In this document: one piece after another, positions 15,026 through 24,214 of the stretch
Numbering within the stretch: position 1 is the first letter of the stretch
Layout of the letters: each line of letters opens with the position of its first letter
DNA from: an uncultured Lachnospiraceae bacterium
Lineage (GTDB): Bacteria; Bacillota; Clostridia; Lachnospirales; Lachnospiraceae
Direction of reading: 5' to 3'
NCBI GenBank assembly: GCA_946611525.1
Contig: CAMODS010000001.1
Location: 1 to 29,974 of the forward strand
Length of the DNA stretch: 29,974 nt
The notes under the pieces: model-generated
Seen by the model: only the letters and a program-made list of their open reading frames with translations
Told to the model about the DNA's origin: nothing
Databases searched by the model: none
Position numbers and translations under genes: made by a program

Positions 15026-17224
15026 ATGGAAAAGTATGATGTAACAGGAATGAGCTGCGCTGCGTGCGTGGCTCATGTTGAAAAAGCGGTAAGGACGGTT
15101 CCGGGAGTGGACAATGTGACGGTAAACCTCCTTACCAACTCCATGGTGGTGGAGGGCGATGCCGATGCCGGGAGGATATGCAGTGCCGTGGAAAAGGCGG
15201 GTTATCATGCAAGCCCGACGGGAAACTCCGGACAGAGTGATGATCCCGCAGACAGAGATCTTTCCGACAGGGAGACACCACAGATGATCAGACGGCTGAT
15301 ACTGTCAGTCGTTTTTTTGCTACCCCTCATGTATGTGTCCATGGGACATATGATGTGGGACTGGCCGCTGCCGGAGTTTTTACGTGACAATCACATTGGC
15401 ATGGGTATATATGAGATGCTTTTTGCCATTGTGGTGATGTTTATAAACCGCAAGTTTTTCATAAGTGGCATAAACGGAGCCATACACAAGGCTCCCAATA
15501 TGGACACCTTGGTGGCACTGGGATCGGGAGTTTCCTTTGGCTACAGCGTGGTGATCCTTTTTGCCATGACCTATGCAGCTTCGCAAAATGACAGTGAAGC
15601 GGTCATGGGATATATGCATGAGTTTTACTTTGAATCTGCAGCCATGATCCTTACGCTCATTACTGTGGGAAAGACCTTAGAGGCATATTCAAAGGGTCGG
15701 ACCACTGATGCCATAAAGGGGCTTTTGGAACTGGCTCCCAAAATGGCAACGGTAAGACGTGACGGCAAGGAAGTGGTCATACCGGCAGCTCAGGTAAAGG
15801 TGGGAGATGTTTTTATAGTCAGAGCCGGCGGAGCCTTCCCGGTGGACGGAGTGGTGACAGAGGGAAGCGGCAAAGTGGATGAGTCCGCCCTTACCGGTGA
15901 GAGCGTGGCAGTGGAAAAAACCATTGGCCGTGAGGTGTCGGTGGGAACCATCCTGCTTTCCGGCGAGCTTTGTTGTGAGGCTACCCGGGTCGGTAGTGAC
16001 ACCACCCTTTCAAAGATAGTGGAGCTGGTAAGTGATGCTGCAGCCACTAAGGCGCCTATCGCCAGGGTGGCAGATAAGGTGGCAAATGTATTTGTGCCGG
16101 TGGTTTTGGGTATCGCATTTATTACAGCCCTGGTATGGCTTATGATCGGTGCACCCATAGGTACTGCCTTATCCCATGCCATTACGGTTTTAGTGATAAG
16201 CTGCCCCTGCGCTCTTGGACTGGCGACTCCCGTGGCCATCATGGTTGGAGGCGGAGTGGGTGCAAAGCATGGCATCCTTTATAAAAACTCCGTATCACTT
16301 GAGCAGGCAGGCAGGGCGGATATCGTGGTGATGGATAAGACGGGAACCATTACACAGGGGCTTACGGATGCACCCGATGAGATCAGGCCGGAAAGCGCAG
16401 CTGCCATTAAGGAACTAAAGGATATGGGCTTTTACACCGTGATGCTTTCCGGAGACAAGGTGGATATAGCTGAAAGGATAGCAGCCCAGGCCGGGGTGGA
16501 CGAGGTCATAGCCGGTGTCCTTCCGGATGGCAAGGAGTCTGTGATAAGAGAACTCCAAAACCACGGTAAGGTCATAATGGTTGGTGACGGTATAAATGAC
16601 GCTCCCGCTCTAAAGCGTGCTGAGGTGGGCTTTGCCATAGGCGCCGGAAAGGATATTGCCATAGATGCGGCGGATGTGGTGCTGGTCAATTCAAAGCTTT
16701 CGGACGTGCCGGCTGCCATCAGGCTGTCAAAGTCGGTGCTGAAAAATATCAGGGAGAATCTTTTCTGGGCGTTTATCTACAATGTGATAGGAATACCCCT
16801 TGCGGCAGGAGTGTGGATACCCATTACCGGATGGTCGCTGACTCCCATGTTTGGCGCGGCGGCTATGAGTCTGTCCAGCTTTTGCGTGGTAATGAATGCC
16901 TTAAGGCTAAATCTTATTGACATATATTCACCGAAAAAGTTTTTGGGAAAGTCCCCTTTTAATGCCGGGGAAAAACTGTATAATAAAGAAAAAAACGGAG
17001 GAAAAGACGCTATGGAAAAGACACTCAGTATCGAAGGAATGATGTGCGAGAAATGTGAGGCTCACGTAAGAAAGGCATTGGAGGCTCTTGATGGAGTGGC
17101 CGAGGTAAAGGAAGTAAGCCATGATAAGAATGTTGCGGTGGTAAGCGTAAACGGTGATGTTTCCGATGATGCCTTTAAGGCAGCTGTAGAGGAAGCAGGC
17201 TATGATTTCAAGGGAGTAGCATAA
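15026..17224 (+). CDS. copA: Cu(+)-type P1B ATPase with N- and C-terminal HMA domains, lacking the nucleotide-binding N-domain
   Basis: GMSCAAC HMA, PNMDTL, YFES, TGES, ISCPCALGLATP, DKTGT, MLSGD, GDGINDAPAL, FIYN, AMSLSS, and C-terminal GMMCEKC. Only 31 aa separate DKTGT and MLSGD, and there is no (SE)HP motif. Confidence 0.9.
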   Translation: MEKYDVTGMSCAACVAHVEKAVRTVPGVDNVTVNLLTNSMVVEGDADAGRICSAVEKAGYHASPTGNSGQSDDPADRDLSDRETPQMIRRLILSVVFLLPLMYVSMGHMMWDWPLPEFLRDNHIGMGIYEMLFAIVVMFINRKFFISGINGAIHKAPNMDTLVALGSGVSFGYSVVILFAMTYAASQNDSEAVMGYMHEFYFESAAMILTLITVGKTLEAYSKGRTTDAIKGLLELAPKMATVRRDGKEVVIPAAQVKVGDVFIVRAGGAFPVDGVVTEGSGKVDESALTGESVAVEKTIGREVSVGTILLSGELCCEATRVGSDTTLSKIVELVSDAAATKAPIARVADKVANVFVPVVLGIAFITALVWLMIGAPIGTALSHAITVLVISCPCALGLATPVAIMVGGGVGAKHGILYKNSVSLEQAGRADIVVMDKTGTITQGLTDAPDEIRPESAAAIKELKDMGFYTVMLSGDKVDIAERIAAQAGVDEVIAGVLPDGKESVIRELQNHGKVIMVGDGINDAPALKRAEVGFAIGAGKDIAIDAADVVLVNSKLSDVPAAIRLSKSVLKNIRENLFWAFIYNVIGIPLAAGVWIPITGWSLTPMFGAAAMSLSSFCVVMNALRLNLIDIYSPKKFLGKSPFNAGEKLYNKEKNGGKDAMEKTLSIEGMMCEKCEAHVRKALEALDGVAEVKEVSHDKNVAVVSVNGDVSDDAFKAAVEEAGYDFKGVA

Positions 17225-18411
17225 TGATAAATCAAAAATACAAGGAAATGCTGAATGCAAAAAATATCATCCGCGTGCTGTCAGAGTATGCTACGGCCCG
17301 CGGTGAGGAGATAGGCTATGAGAATGTATTTGATTACAGTCTCGGCAATCCTTCGGTGCCCTGTGCAGATGACTACACCAGGGCGGTGATAGATCTTCAC
17401 GAGCACGAGGATCCCATGGCCATCCACGGCTACAGCCCTTCTTTAGGCAATACTTCGGTGAGGGAAGCTGTGGCTGCATCCCTTAAAAAAAGATTTGGAC
17501 TGCCCTATGAGACAAAGCATATCTTTATGACATCAGGCGCTGCCGGTGCAATCGCCCATGCAGTTCGTGCAGTGACTGTCCCGGGTGACGAGGTGATCAC
17601 CTTTGCCCCCTTTTTTCCGGAGTACAATCCTTATGTAAATGAGACCGGCGCCATACTTAAGGTGGTGCCTCCCCGCACAGAGGACTTCCAGATCAACTTC
17701 ACCGAGTTTGAAAAGATGATGAACGAAAAAGTTCAGGCCGTCCTCATAAACTCGCCCAACAATCCCAGCGGCGTGGTCTACTCAGAGGAAACTCTTGAGC
17801 GCCTTTCCATGTATTTGGAAACCTGTGAGAAAAAGTACGGTCATGAGATCTTTTTGATCAGTGACGAGCCGTACCGTGAGATAGTGTTTGACGGTGCCAC
17901 CGTTCCCTATCCTGCAAAGTATTACAAAAATACCATCACCTGCTACTCCTTCTCGAAGAGCCTTTCTCTTCCCGGAGAGCGTATCGGATACGTGGCAGTA
18001 AACCCGGCAGCGAAGGATGCGGATATCATAGCATTAATGTGTGGACAGATAAGCAGAGGCATCGGCCATAACTGTCCCTCATCCACACCTCAGCTTGCGG
18101 TGTCGAGAGTTTTGGATCAGACCAGTGATCTTAGCGTTTACGAGACCAACCGCAACATCCTTTACAAGGAGCTTGTGGATCTCGGCTTTACAGTTGTAAA
18201 GCCCGGAGGCACCTTCTACATCTTCCCCAAGGCGCTTGAGGAGGATTCGGTGGCCTTCTGCAACAAGGCGAAAAACTACGACCTCATCCTCGTGCCTGCC
18301 GACGGCTTTGGGGCACCGGGGTACTTCCGTATGGCCTACTGCATCGACACCGAAAAAGTGGAGCGCTCCCTACCCGCACTCCGCAAGTTCGTGAATACTG
18401 AATACCACTAA
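17224..18411 (+). CDS. PLP-dependent aminotransferase class I/II (aspartate aminotransferase-like)
   Basis: YSLGNP, MTSGAAGA, INSPNNPSG, LISDEPY, SFSKSLSLPGERIGY (PLP Lys), FRMAY. TAATG overlap with copA. Confidence 0.93.
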   Translation: MINQKYKEMLNAKNIIRVLSEYATARGEEIGYENVFDYSLGNPSVPCADDYTRAVIDLHEHEDPMAIHGYSPSLGNTSVREAVAASLKKRFGLPYETKHIFMTSGAAGAIAHAVRAVTVPGDEVITFAPFFPEYNPYVNETGAILKVVPPRTEDFQINFTEFEKMMNEKVQAVLINSPNNPSGVVYSEETLERLSMYLETCEKKYGHEIFLISDEPYREIVFDGATVPYPAKYYKNTITCYSFSKSLSLPGERIGYVAVNPAAKDADIIALMCGQISRGIGHNCPSSTPQLAVSRVLDQTSDLSVYETNRNILYKELVDLGFTVVKPGGTFYIFPKALEEDSVAFCNKAKNYDLILVPADGFGAPGYFRMAYCIDTEKVERSLPALRKFVNTEYH

Positions 18412-18438
18412 CACCCCGACAATAACAGGGAGACTATA

Positions 18439-19461
18439 ATGACTACATTTTCGTTATGTATGATAGTAAAAAATGAAGCGCAGGTGTTGGCGCGGTGCCT
18501 GGATTCCGTGGCGGACATCATGGACGAGATCATCATCGTGGACACAGGCTCCACCGATGCCACAAAGGAGATCGCAAAGCGCTACACCGCCAAGGTCTAC
18601 GACTTCCCATGGGTGGACGACTTTTCGCTGGCGAGAAACTTCGCTTTTGAAAAGGCGGGCTGCGACTACATCTACAGCGCAGATGCGGATGAGGTGCTGG
18701 ATGAAAAAAACCGCGAAGCCCTAAAGAATCTGAAGTCCGTGATGATGCATGAGGTGGAGATCGTCACCATGTGGTACACGGAGTCAGGAGTTCAGACGGT
18801 TTTGAATGCAAAAAGAGAGCGCCGCCCAAAGCTGTATAAGCGTCTCAGAAAATTCGTATGGGTGGATCCCATACACGAGACAGTCCGCACAGATCCTGTG
18901 GTTTTTGACAGCGACATTGAGATAAAGCACATGCCGGTGGGCAACCACAGCGACAGGGACTTTTCCATTTTTGAGGGAGCCTATGCCACCCAGGGCAGGC
19001 TTTCCAAAAAGCTGTACCGTATGTATGCCCGGGAGCTATACAAATGGGGTGACGCCGAGAGACTGGCACATGGGGCCAGGATATTCAGGCAGGTCATGGA
19101 CCGGGAACAGGTGGGGCAAGACCTGTTTTTGATGTTTGCAGCCGTCATAGTCAGGGCTGAGAGATTACTTGCAAACAGCAGCGAGTTTATGAAGTACGCC
19201 ATGAAGGTCATCTCTGTGGGAGGCTGCTCCGAGGTATGTGTGGAACTGGGTGACTACTATCGTGATAAAAACGATCTGTCGGAGGCTGTGCTGTGGTATT
19301 ACAATGCCTGCTATGAGACCGAGAGTGTGCTTGATATCAGGACTACCGGTTCTGAGACGCTTCTTAAGCTCTCCGACTGCTATGAAAAGCTGGGAGACGG
19401 AGATCTTTCGGCGAAGTATCTGAAGGCTGCTTCCGAATGGCAGCTTCCAAAGGAGTTGTAG
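18439..19461 (+). CDS. Glycosyltransferase family 2 with TPR-like helical C-terminus
   Basis: SLCMIVKNEAQVLARCLDS, IIIVDTGSTD, WVDDFSLARNFA, YSADADE, IHE, and a C-terminal TPR-like ELGDYYRDKNDLSEAVLWYYNA. Confidence 0.88.
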   Translation: MTTFSLCMIVKNEAQVLARCLDSVADIMDEIIIVDTGSTDATKEIAKRYTAKVYDFPWVDDFSLARNFAFEKAGCDYIYSADADEVLDEKNREALKNLKSVMMHEVEIVTMWYTESGVQTVLNAKRERRPKLYKRLRKFVWVDPIHETVRTDPVVFDSDIEIKHMPVGNHSDRDFSIFEGAYATQGRLSKKLYRMYARELYKWGDAERLAHGARIFRQVMDREQVGQDLFLMFAAVIVRAERLLANSSEFMKYAMKVISVGGCSEVCVELGDYYRDKNDLSEAVLWYYNACYETESVLDIRTTGSETLLKLSDCYEKLGDGDLSAKYLKAASEWQLPKEL

Positions 19462-19464
19462 TAC

Positions 19465-20838
19465 ATGGTTTTTTCGGGACTTCCATTTTTATTTTTCTTT
19501 TTGCCGCTTACCTTGGCGGCATATTTTTTGGTGCCGTTAAAGTTTAAAAAAGTAGTGCTTTTGATCTTCAGCATCATCTTTTACGCCTGGGGAGAGCCGG
19601 TATATGTGCTGCTGATGCTTTTGTCCATTGCCGTAAACTTTGCCATGGCTCTATTTGCTTATCAAAAAAAGCTGCCCCTTATCATAGCCATAGTGTACAA
19701 CCTGGCCATGCTGGGAGTGTTCAAATATGCGGGGCTTTTTTTAACTACCATAAGCAACCTGACGGGAATCTATATTTCGGATCCCGGACTGGAGCTTCCC
19801 ATAGGCATAAGCTTTTACACCTTCCAGGCCATGTCATATGTCATTGATGTGTACAGGGGTGATGTAAAAGCGACCAAAAACCCTATAGATTTTGGCGCTT
19901 ACCTTTCCATGTTTCCCCAGCTTATCGCCGGTCCCATAGTCCGGTACAAAACCATTGAGAAAGAGCTTAAGGATCCTGCCATATCCATTGAAAACTTTTC
20001 ATATGGCATCAGCCGCTTTGTGGTGGGACTGGGGAAAAAGGTTCTTTTGGCAAATTCCATAGGAAGGGTGTGGACCCAGATAAGCCATGTGGGAAAAGAC
20101 GATCTGTCCATGGCTACGGCGTGGATAGGAATAGCGGCCTTTACCCTCCAGATCTATTTTGACTTTTCGGGATATTCGGACATGGCAATCGGAATGGGAC
20201 GGATGCTTGGCTTTTCATTTTTGGAGAACTTTGATCATCCCTATGAGTCAAAGAGCATAACTGAGTTTTGGCGCAGATGGCATATGTCACTGGGGACCTG
20301 GTTCCGTGAGTATGTCTACTATCCTCTTGGCGGTTCAAAGAAAGGACAGGGACGACAGCTTTTTAACATCTTTATAGTATGGATGCTCACCGGTTTCTGG
20401 CACGGAGCTTCGTGGAACTTTTTGCTCTGGGGTGTGTACTATGCAGTTTTACTTTTCATTGAAAAGCTTTGGCTTTTAAAGAAACTCGAAAAGGCGCCAA
20501 AGGCTTTAAGCACCATATATACTCTGTTTTTTGTGGCTTTGGGCTGGGCTGTCTTTTCCTGGCAGGACATATGGGATGTGCAGGGCTTCTTTGCATCCAT
20601 GGCAGGCTTCGGAGGCAGGGGGATAGCGGATCCTTCCACCTTTTATTTCATCCGCTCCTATGTTATACTTTTCGTGATAGCAGCGGTTGGTTCGACCACG
20701 CTTCCCAAGAGATTATGGGGGCGGCTTACGAAAAATGCCGCAGTGCCGCTATACATATTTGAGGCGGCAGTCTGTGTGCTTTCGGTTGCATGTCTGGTTT
20801 CGGATACTTACAATCCGTTTTTGTATTTCAGATTTTAA
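19465..20838 (+). CDS. MBOAT family O-acyltransferase (AlgI/PatA/DltB-like)
   Basis: MVFSGLPFLFFFLP, LPIGISFYTFQAMSY, FPQLIAGPIVRY, IYFDFSGYSDMAIG, FWRRWHMSL, TGFWHGA (catalytic His), and terminal NPFLYFRF. Confidence 0.94.
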   Translation: MVFSGLPFLFFFLPLTLAAYFLVPLKFKKVVLLIFSIIFYAWGEPVYVLLMLLSIAVNFAMALFAYQKKLPLIIAIVYNLAMLGVFKYAGLFLTTISNLTGIYISDPGLELPIGISFYTFQAMSYVIDVYRGDVKATKNPIDFGAYLSMFPQLIAGPIVRYKTIEKELKDPAISIENFSYGISRFVVGLGKKVLLANSIGRVWTQISHVGKDDLSMATAWIGIAAFTLQIYFDFSGYSDMAIGMGRMLGFSFLENFDHPYESKSITEFWRRWHMSLGTWFREYVYYPLGGSKKGQGRQLFNIFIVWMLTGFWHGASWNFLLWGVYYAVLLFIEKLWLLKKLEKAPKALSTIYTLFFVALGWAVFSWQDIWDVQGFFASMAGFGGRGIADPSTFYFIRSYVILFVIAAVGSTTLPKRLWGRLTKNAAVPLYIFEAAVCVLSVACLVSDTYNPFLYFRF

Positions 20839-20849
20839 AGGAGATCATA

Positions 20850-21503
20850 ATGAAAAAGAAAAAATATGCTCTTACTTCCATTATATCTTTTGCACTTTTT
20901 GTGTTGCTTATCATCCTTCTTAAAACAGTGGATGTGGCGGCGGTGGGACCGGATGGGACATCGGTTGGTTTTTCTCATCTCAATGTATCCTTCCATGAGA
21001 CATTTCCTTTGAATATGACCATATACAAGCTGACCGAGATACTGGGATACCTGGCGCTTTTGGTGGCGGCAGCTTTTGCCCTCCTTGGTTTTTTACAGCT
21101 TATAAGGACAAAGAGCCTGGACGGGGTGGACAGACAGATCTATTGCCTGGCGGGACTATATGTTGTGATGGGCATCCTTTATGTCTTATTTGAAAAGCTG
21201 ATCATAAACTACCGCCCTGAGATCCTACCGGGAGAGGCTGCAGTGGAGGCATCATTCCCTTCGTCACATACCATGCTGGCCTGCGTTATCTTTGGGAGCG
21301 CATACACCATGCTTGGCTTTTATATGGAAAAAAACACGGCCAGACTGGGGCTTCAGATCGCATTGGATATACTGATATTCTTTACGGTGTTTGGCAGACT
21401 GATCTGCGGTGTTCACTGGTTTACCGATATTCTGGGAGGGCTTTTCATAAGTACTGCCCTGGTATCACTCTTTAACTTTTTTGTCACTGAGGACGAGGAA
21501 TGA
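20850..21503 (+). CDS. PAP2 superfamily membrane phosphatase
   Basis: Motifs K.IINYRP, SFPSSHT and RLICGVHWFTD with several TM helices. Start at ATG 20850 after AGGAG. Confidence 0.9.
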   Translation: MKKKKYALTSIISFALFVLLIILLKTVDVAAVGPDGTSVGFSHLNVSFHETFPLNMTIYKLTEILGYLALLVAAAFALLGFLQLIRTKSLDGVDRQIYCLAGLYVVMGILYVLFEKLIINYRPEILPGEAAVEASFPSSHTMLACVIFGSAYTMLGFYMEKNTARLGLQIALDILIFFTVFGRLICGVHWFTDILGGLFISTALVSLFNFFVTEDEE

Positions 21504-22645
21504 AAAAGAGATATCTTATTTTCACATTGGCAGTCCTTTTAGTCATGGGCCTGCTGTCAGGGTGCACGCGCACTGTGACCGAAGATGAGGAGGTCGTCGT
21601 GGAGGAGACCCATGAGCCTGTTGCCAAAATAGGAGTGGCACTGTGGAGTTCCACGGATGTGCTGGGATCCAGATGCAGAGAGGTGATCCTTGACGCGGCA
21701 GAGGCACTTGATGTAGAGGTGGAGTTTACAGACCACGGTTTTTCCCATCAGGACGAGGCGCTGGCAGTAAGGCAGCTTATTGATGACGGTTGTCAGGGTA
21801 TAGTGCTTTGCAATTCCTCGGATGAGGAGCTGGAGGGCATCATAAAAGACTGCGATGCGTCCGGCACCTATCTGGCACAGTGCTTTCGTTCAATAAACAG
21901 GGATGCCCACCCCGGTGTATATGCCCTTGCAGAGGCGTCACCCTGCTATGTGGGATGTGTACATGAAAACGAGATAGAAAACGGTAGGAATACAGCTCAG
22001 ATGATCATCAATCTCGGAAAAAGAAGGATAGGTGTTTTGGGCTGGATGCCGGGTGATACGGCATGGGAATTTAGGATGGAGGGGTATTCCATTGCGGTGG
22101 AAGGAGCCAACAGGATAAACCGTGACAAGCCGGTGATCCTTTTGGATCCGGTATACGCAGGTATTACCTATGAGGGTGGCTACAGGGCTGTTGATGAGTT
22201 GATAAAGCGCGAGCCTGCCGTGGATGCTCTCATAGTTGCGGGAGGCGGCGGCGAGCCTTTGGTGGGAGCCATGGCTGCCATTTCAGACAACGGACTTGAC
22301 CGCAGGATAGCTGTCGTGGCCACTGATTTTGTGGACGACCTCGATGAAAGAATGAAAAGCGGTACCATGGTGGGAGCATCAGGTGGTACCCACTGTGACA
22401 GTCTTCTTGCTTTTATGATGGTGTACAATGCCGTCATGGAGACCGAAGGCTATACCGATCTTTCCGGTACCGCAAATGAGATTATATTTCCGTATCTCTA
22501 CGCCATTTCACCCCAGGATTATGCTGATTTTGAAAAGAACTTTTTTGATGTGAGCCCATACACCGGGGAGGAGTTTATAGAGCTTTCCGGGCTTTCCGTG
22601 GATGGACTCATGGAGGAAGCATCGGGCTTCAAGAAAAAATGGTAG
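21500..22645 (+). CDS. Sugar-type substrate-binding lipoprotein (periplasmic binding protein type I), probably sensory
   Basis: Signal peptide with lipobox LSGC (C22), then KIGVALWS, GIVLCNS, ENEIENG, VVATDF. No permease or ATPase is adjacent; the kinase gene follows after a 1-nt gap. Confidence 0.82.
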   Translation: MKKRYLIFTLAVLLVMGLLSGCTRTVTEDEEVVVEETHEPVAKIGVALWSSTDVLGSRCREVILDAAEALDVEVEFTDHGFSHQDEALAVRQLIDDGCQGIVLCNSSDEELEGIIKDCDASGTYLAQCFRSINRDAHPGVYALAEASPCYVGCVHENEIENGRNTAQMIINLGKRRIGVLGWMPGDTAWEFRMEGYSIAVEGANRINRDKPVILLDPVYAGITYEGGYRAVDELIKREPAVDALIVAGGGGEPLVGAMAAISDNGLDRRIAVVATDFVDDLDERMKSGTMVGASGGTHCDSLLAFMMVYNAVMETEGYTDLSGTANEIIFPYLYAISPQDYADFEKNFFDVSPYTGEEFIELSGLSVDGLMEEASGFKKKW

Positions 22646-22646
22646 C

Positions 22647-24134
22647 ATGAAAAAGCTGGTTTACACTCTGGATAATCTTTTAAAAAAGCTGAGGCTACGG
22701 AGGCGGATGGGCCTTATCATAGCTTCTCTTTTTGTACCCTACGCCGTCATAGTGGGGATACTTTTGTATTCCCTCAACACCTTTTACTCCGAGTACAACA
22801 GGATAGGTGACAATATCGTCATTGCCAACAAGTACAATGTGGAGTTTAAGGAAGACATGGATGCCGTGATGTACCAGATGGTAATACGTGCCATCAGCAA
22901 GGATGCAGTAGAGGAGAAGCTTGGCATGAAGGGGCCGGATGCTCTTATTTATGAAGCACAAAATGATTTTACATCCTTAAAGTCCACATCTTATTCCAGA
23001 CAGGCTTCAGATACGGCGGGAAGTATTTTAAATCTTTTAAACACTCTCGGGGACAGAGTGGATGATATCAATCTGACGGTAAAACAGTCCGGCTATTATG
23101 ATGAAAACATGCTTTCTTTGGACACAAATATCCGCATCATCACACAGCTTATACAGGAGAGGATCTCAGAATACAATTACTACGAAGCCGAAAGCTTAGC
23201 GCAGATCAGGAAGGACCTGTCTGCCCGGGTGGACTTTATCATCAGGCTTACCATCTTTTTATTTATAGTGGTAACGGTGGTGTCTCTCACTTTGGCATAT
23301 TCCGTATCACGCAGTATATCGTCCTCTGTGGAGGAACTAAGGAGGCTGGCTGAGGAATACGGTATGGGTAACTTTGACGCCAGGGCCTATGATTTCGGTG
23401 ATGTGGAGTTTAGCGTGCTAAACGAGACCTTTAACAGTATGGCATCCCAGACCCAGGAGCTTATCGAAAACGTAAGGCAGGCGGAGATCGGTGCCCGTGA
23501 CCTGGAGCTAAAGCTTTTGCAGGCACAGATCAATCCCCACTTTTTATACAATACCCTGGATAATATTATCTGGCTGGTAGAGGCAGACAGGAAAGAGGAT
23601 GCGGAAAACATAGTGACCTATCTGTCGCAGTTTTTCAGGACCACCCTTTCCGGAGGCCGCGACTTTATCACCTTAAAGGAAGAGTTTAACCATATCAAGG
23701 CCTATCTTCGGATACAGGAATTTCGCTACCGTGACATCCTGTCGTTTGAGCTGAAACTGCCGGAGGAACTGTCCGGATATCTCATTATAAAAATGGCTCT
23801 TCAGCCCATAGTGGAAAATGCTCTTTATCACGGCATAAAGTACAAGAGATCCATGGGAAAGATAACTGTCTGCGCTTCGGACGCCGGGGATAATATCTCC
23901 ATAGTGGTAACGGATGATGGTATCGGTATGGAAGCAGATGAGCTTTCTGACCTTCGGATAGCCGTATCGGAGGGGCATCCCAATCCGGACGATTCGGGCT
24001 TTGGTATGGCAAATGTGTCTGAGCGGCTCAGGATGAACTATGGTGAGTCCTACGGACTTTTCGTGGAGAGTGAGTACGGTGCGGGAACCACCGTTGAGAT
24101 ACTGATACCCAAGCGGGCTACGACGAGGCTTTGA
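22647..24134 (+). CDS. Sensor histidine kinase 1, YesM/LytS type (2 TM, helical sensor, HAMP, His_kinase, HATPase)
   Basis: LLQAQINPHFLYNTLD, FFRTTLS, LQPIVENALYHG, VTDDGIGM, GFGMANV. HAMP lies at ISSSVEEL...FNSM. Start taken as ATG 22647. Confidence 0.92.
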   Translation: MKKLVYTLDNLLKKLRLRRRMGLIIASLFVPYAVIVGILLYSLNTFYSEYNRIGDNIVIANKYNVEFKEDMDAVMYQMVIRAISKDAVEEKLGMKGPDALIYEAQNDFTSLKSTSYSRQASDTAGSILNLLNTLGDRVDDINLTVKQSGYYDENMLSLDTNIRIITQLIQERISEYNYYEAESLAQIRKDLSARVDFIIRLTIFLFIVVTVVSLTLAYSVSRSISSSVEELRRLAEEYGMGNFDARAYDFGDVEFSVLNETFNSMASQTQELIENVRQAEIGARDLELKLLQAQINPHFLYNTLDNIIWLVEADRKEDAENIVTYLSQFFRTTLSGGRDFITLKEEFNHIKAYLRIQEFRYRDILSFELKLPEELSGYLIIKMALQPIVENALYHGIKYKRSMGKITVCASDAGDNISIVVTDDGIGMEADELSDLRIAVSEGHPNPDDSGFGMANVSERLRMNYGESYGLFVESEYGAGTTVEILIPKRATTRL

Positions 24135-24214
24135 TGCGTGTGCCAGACAGTGCACAGGCAAGAGAATCGGTGTAGTTATTTAAAAAACGCCACACTGGGT
24201 CATAGGAGGAAGCT

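Noticed and set aside
24135-24214. Terminator or promoter in the 80-nt gap between HK1 and the second binding protein
   Set aside because: Only a weak TGTGC/GCACA stem without a T-tail is present, and I found no convincing -35/-10 pair.
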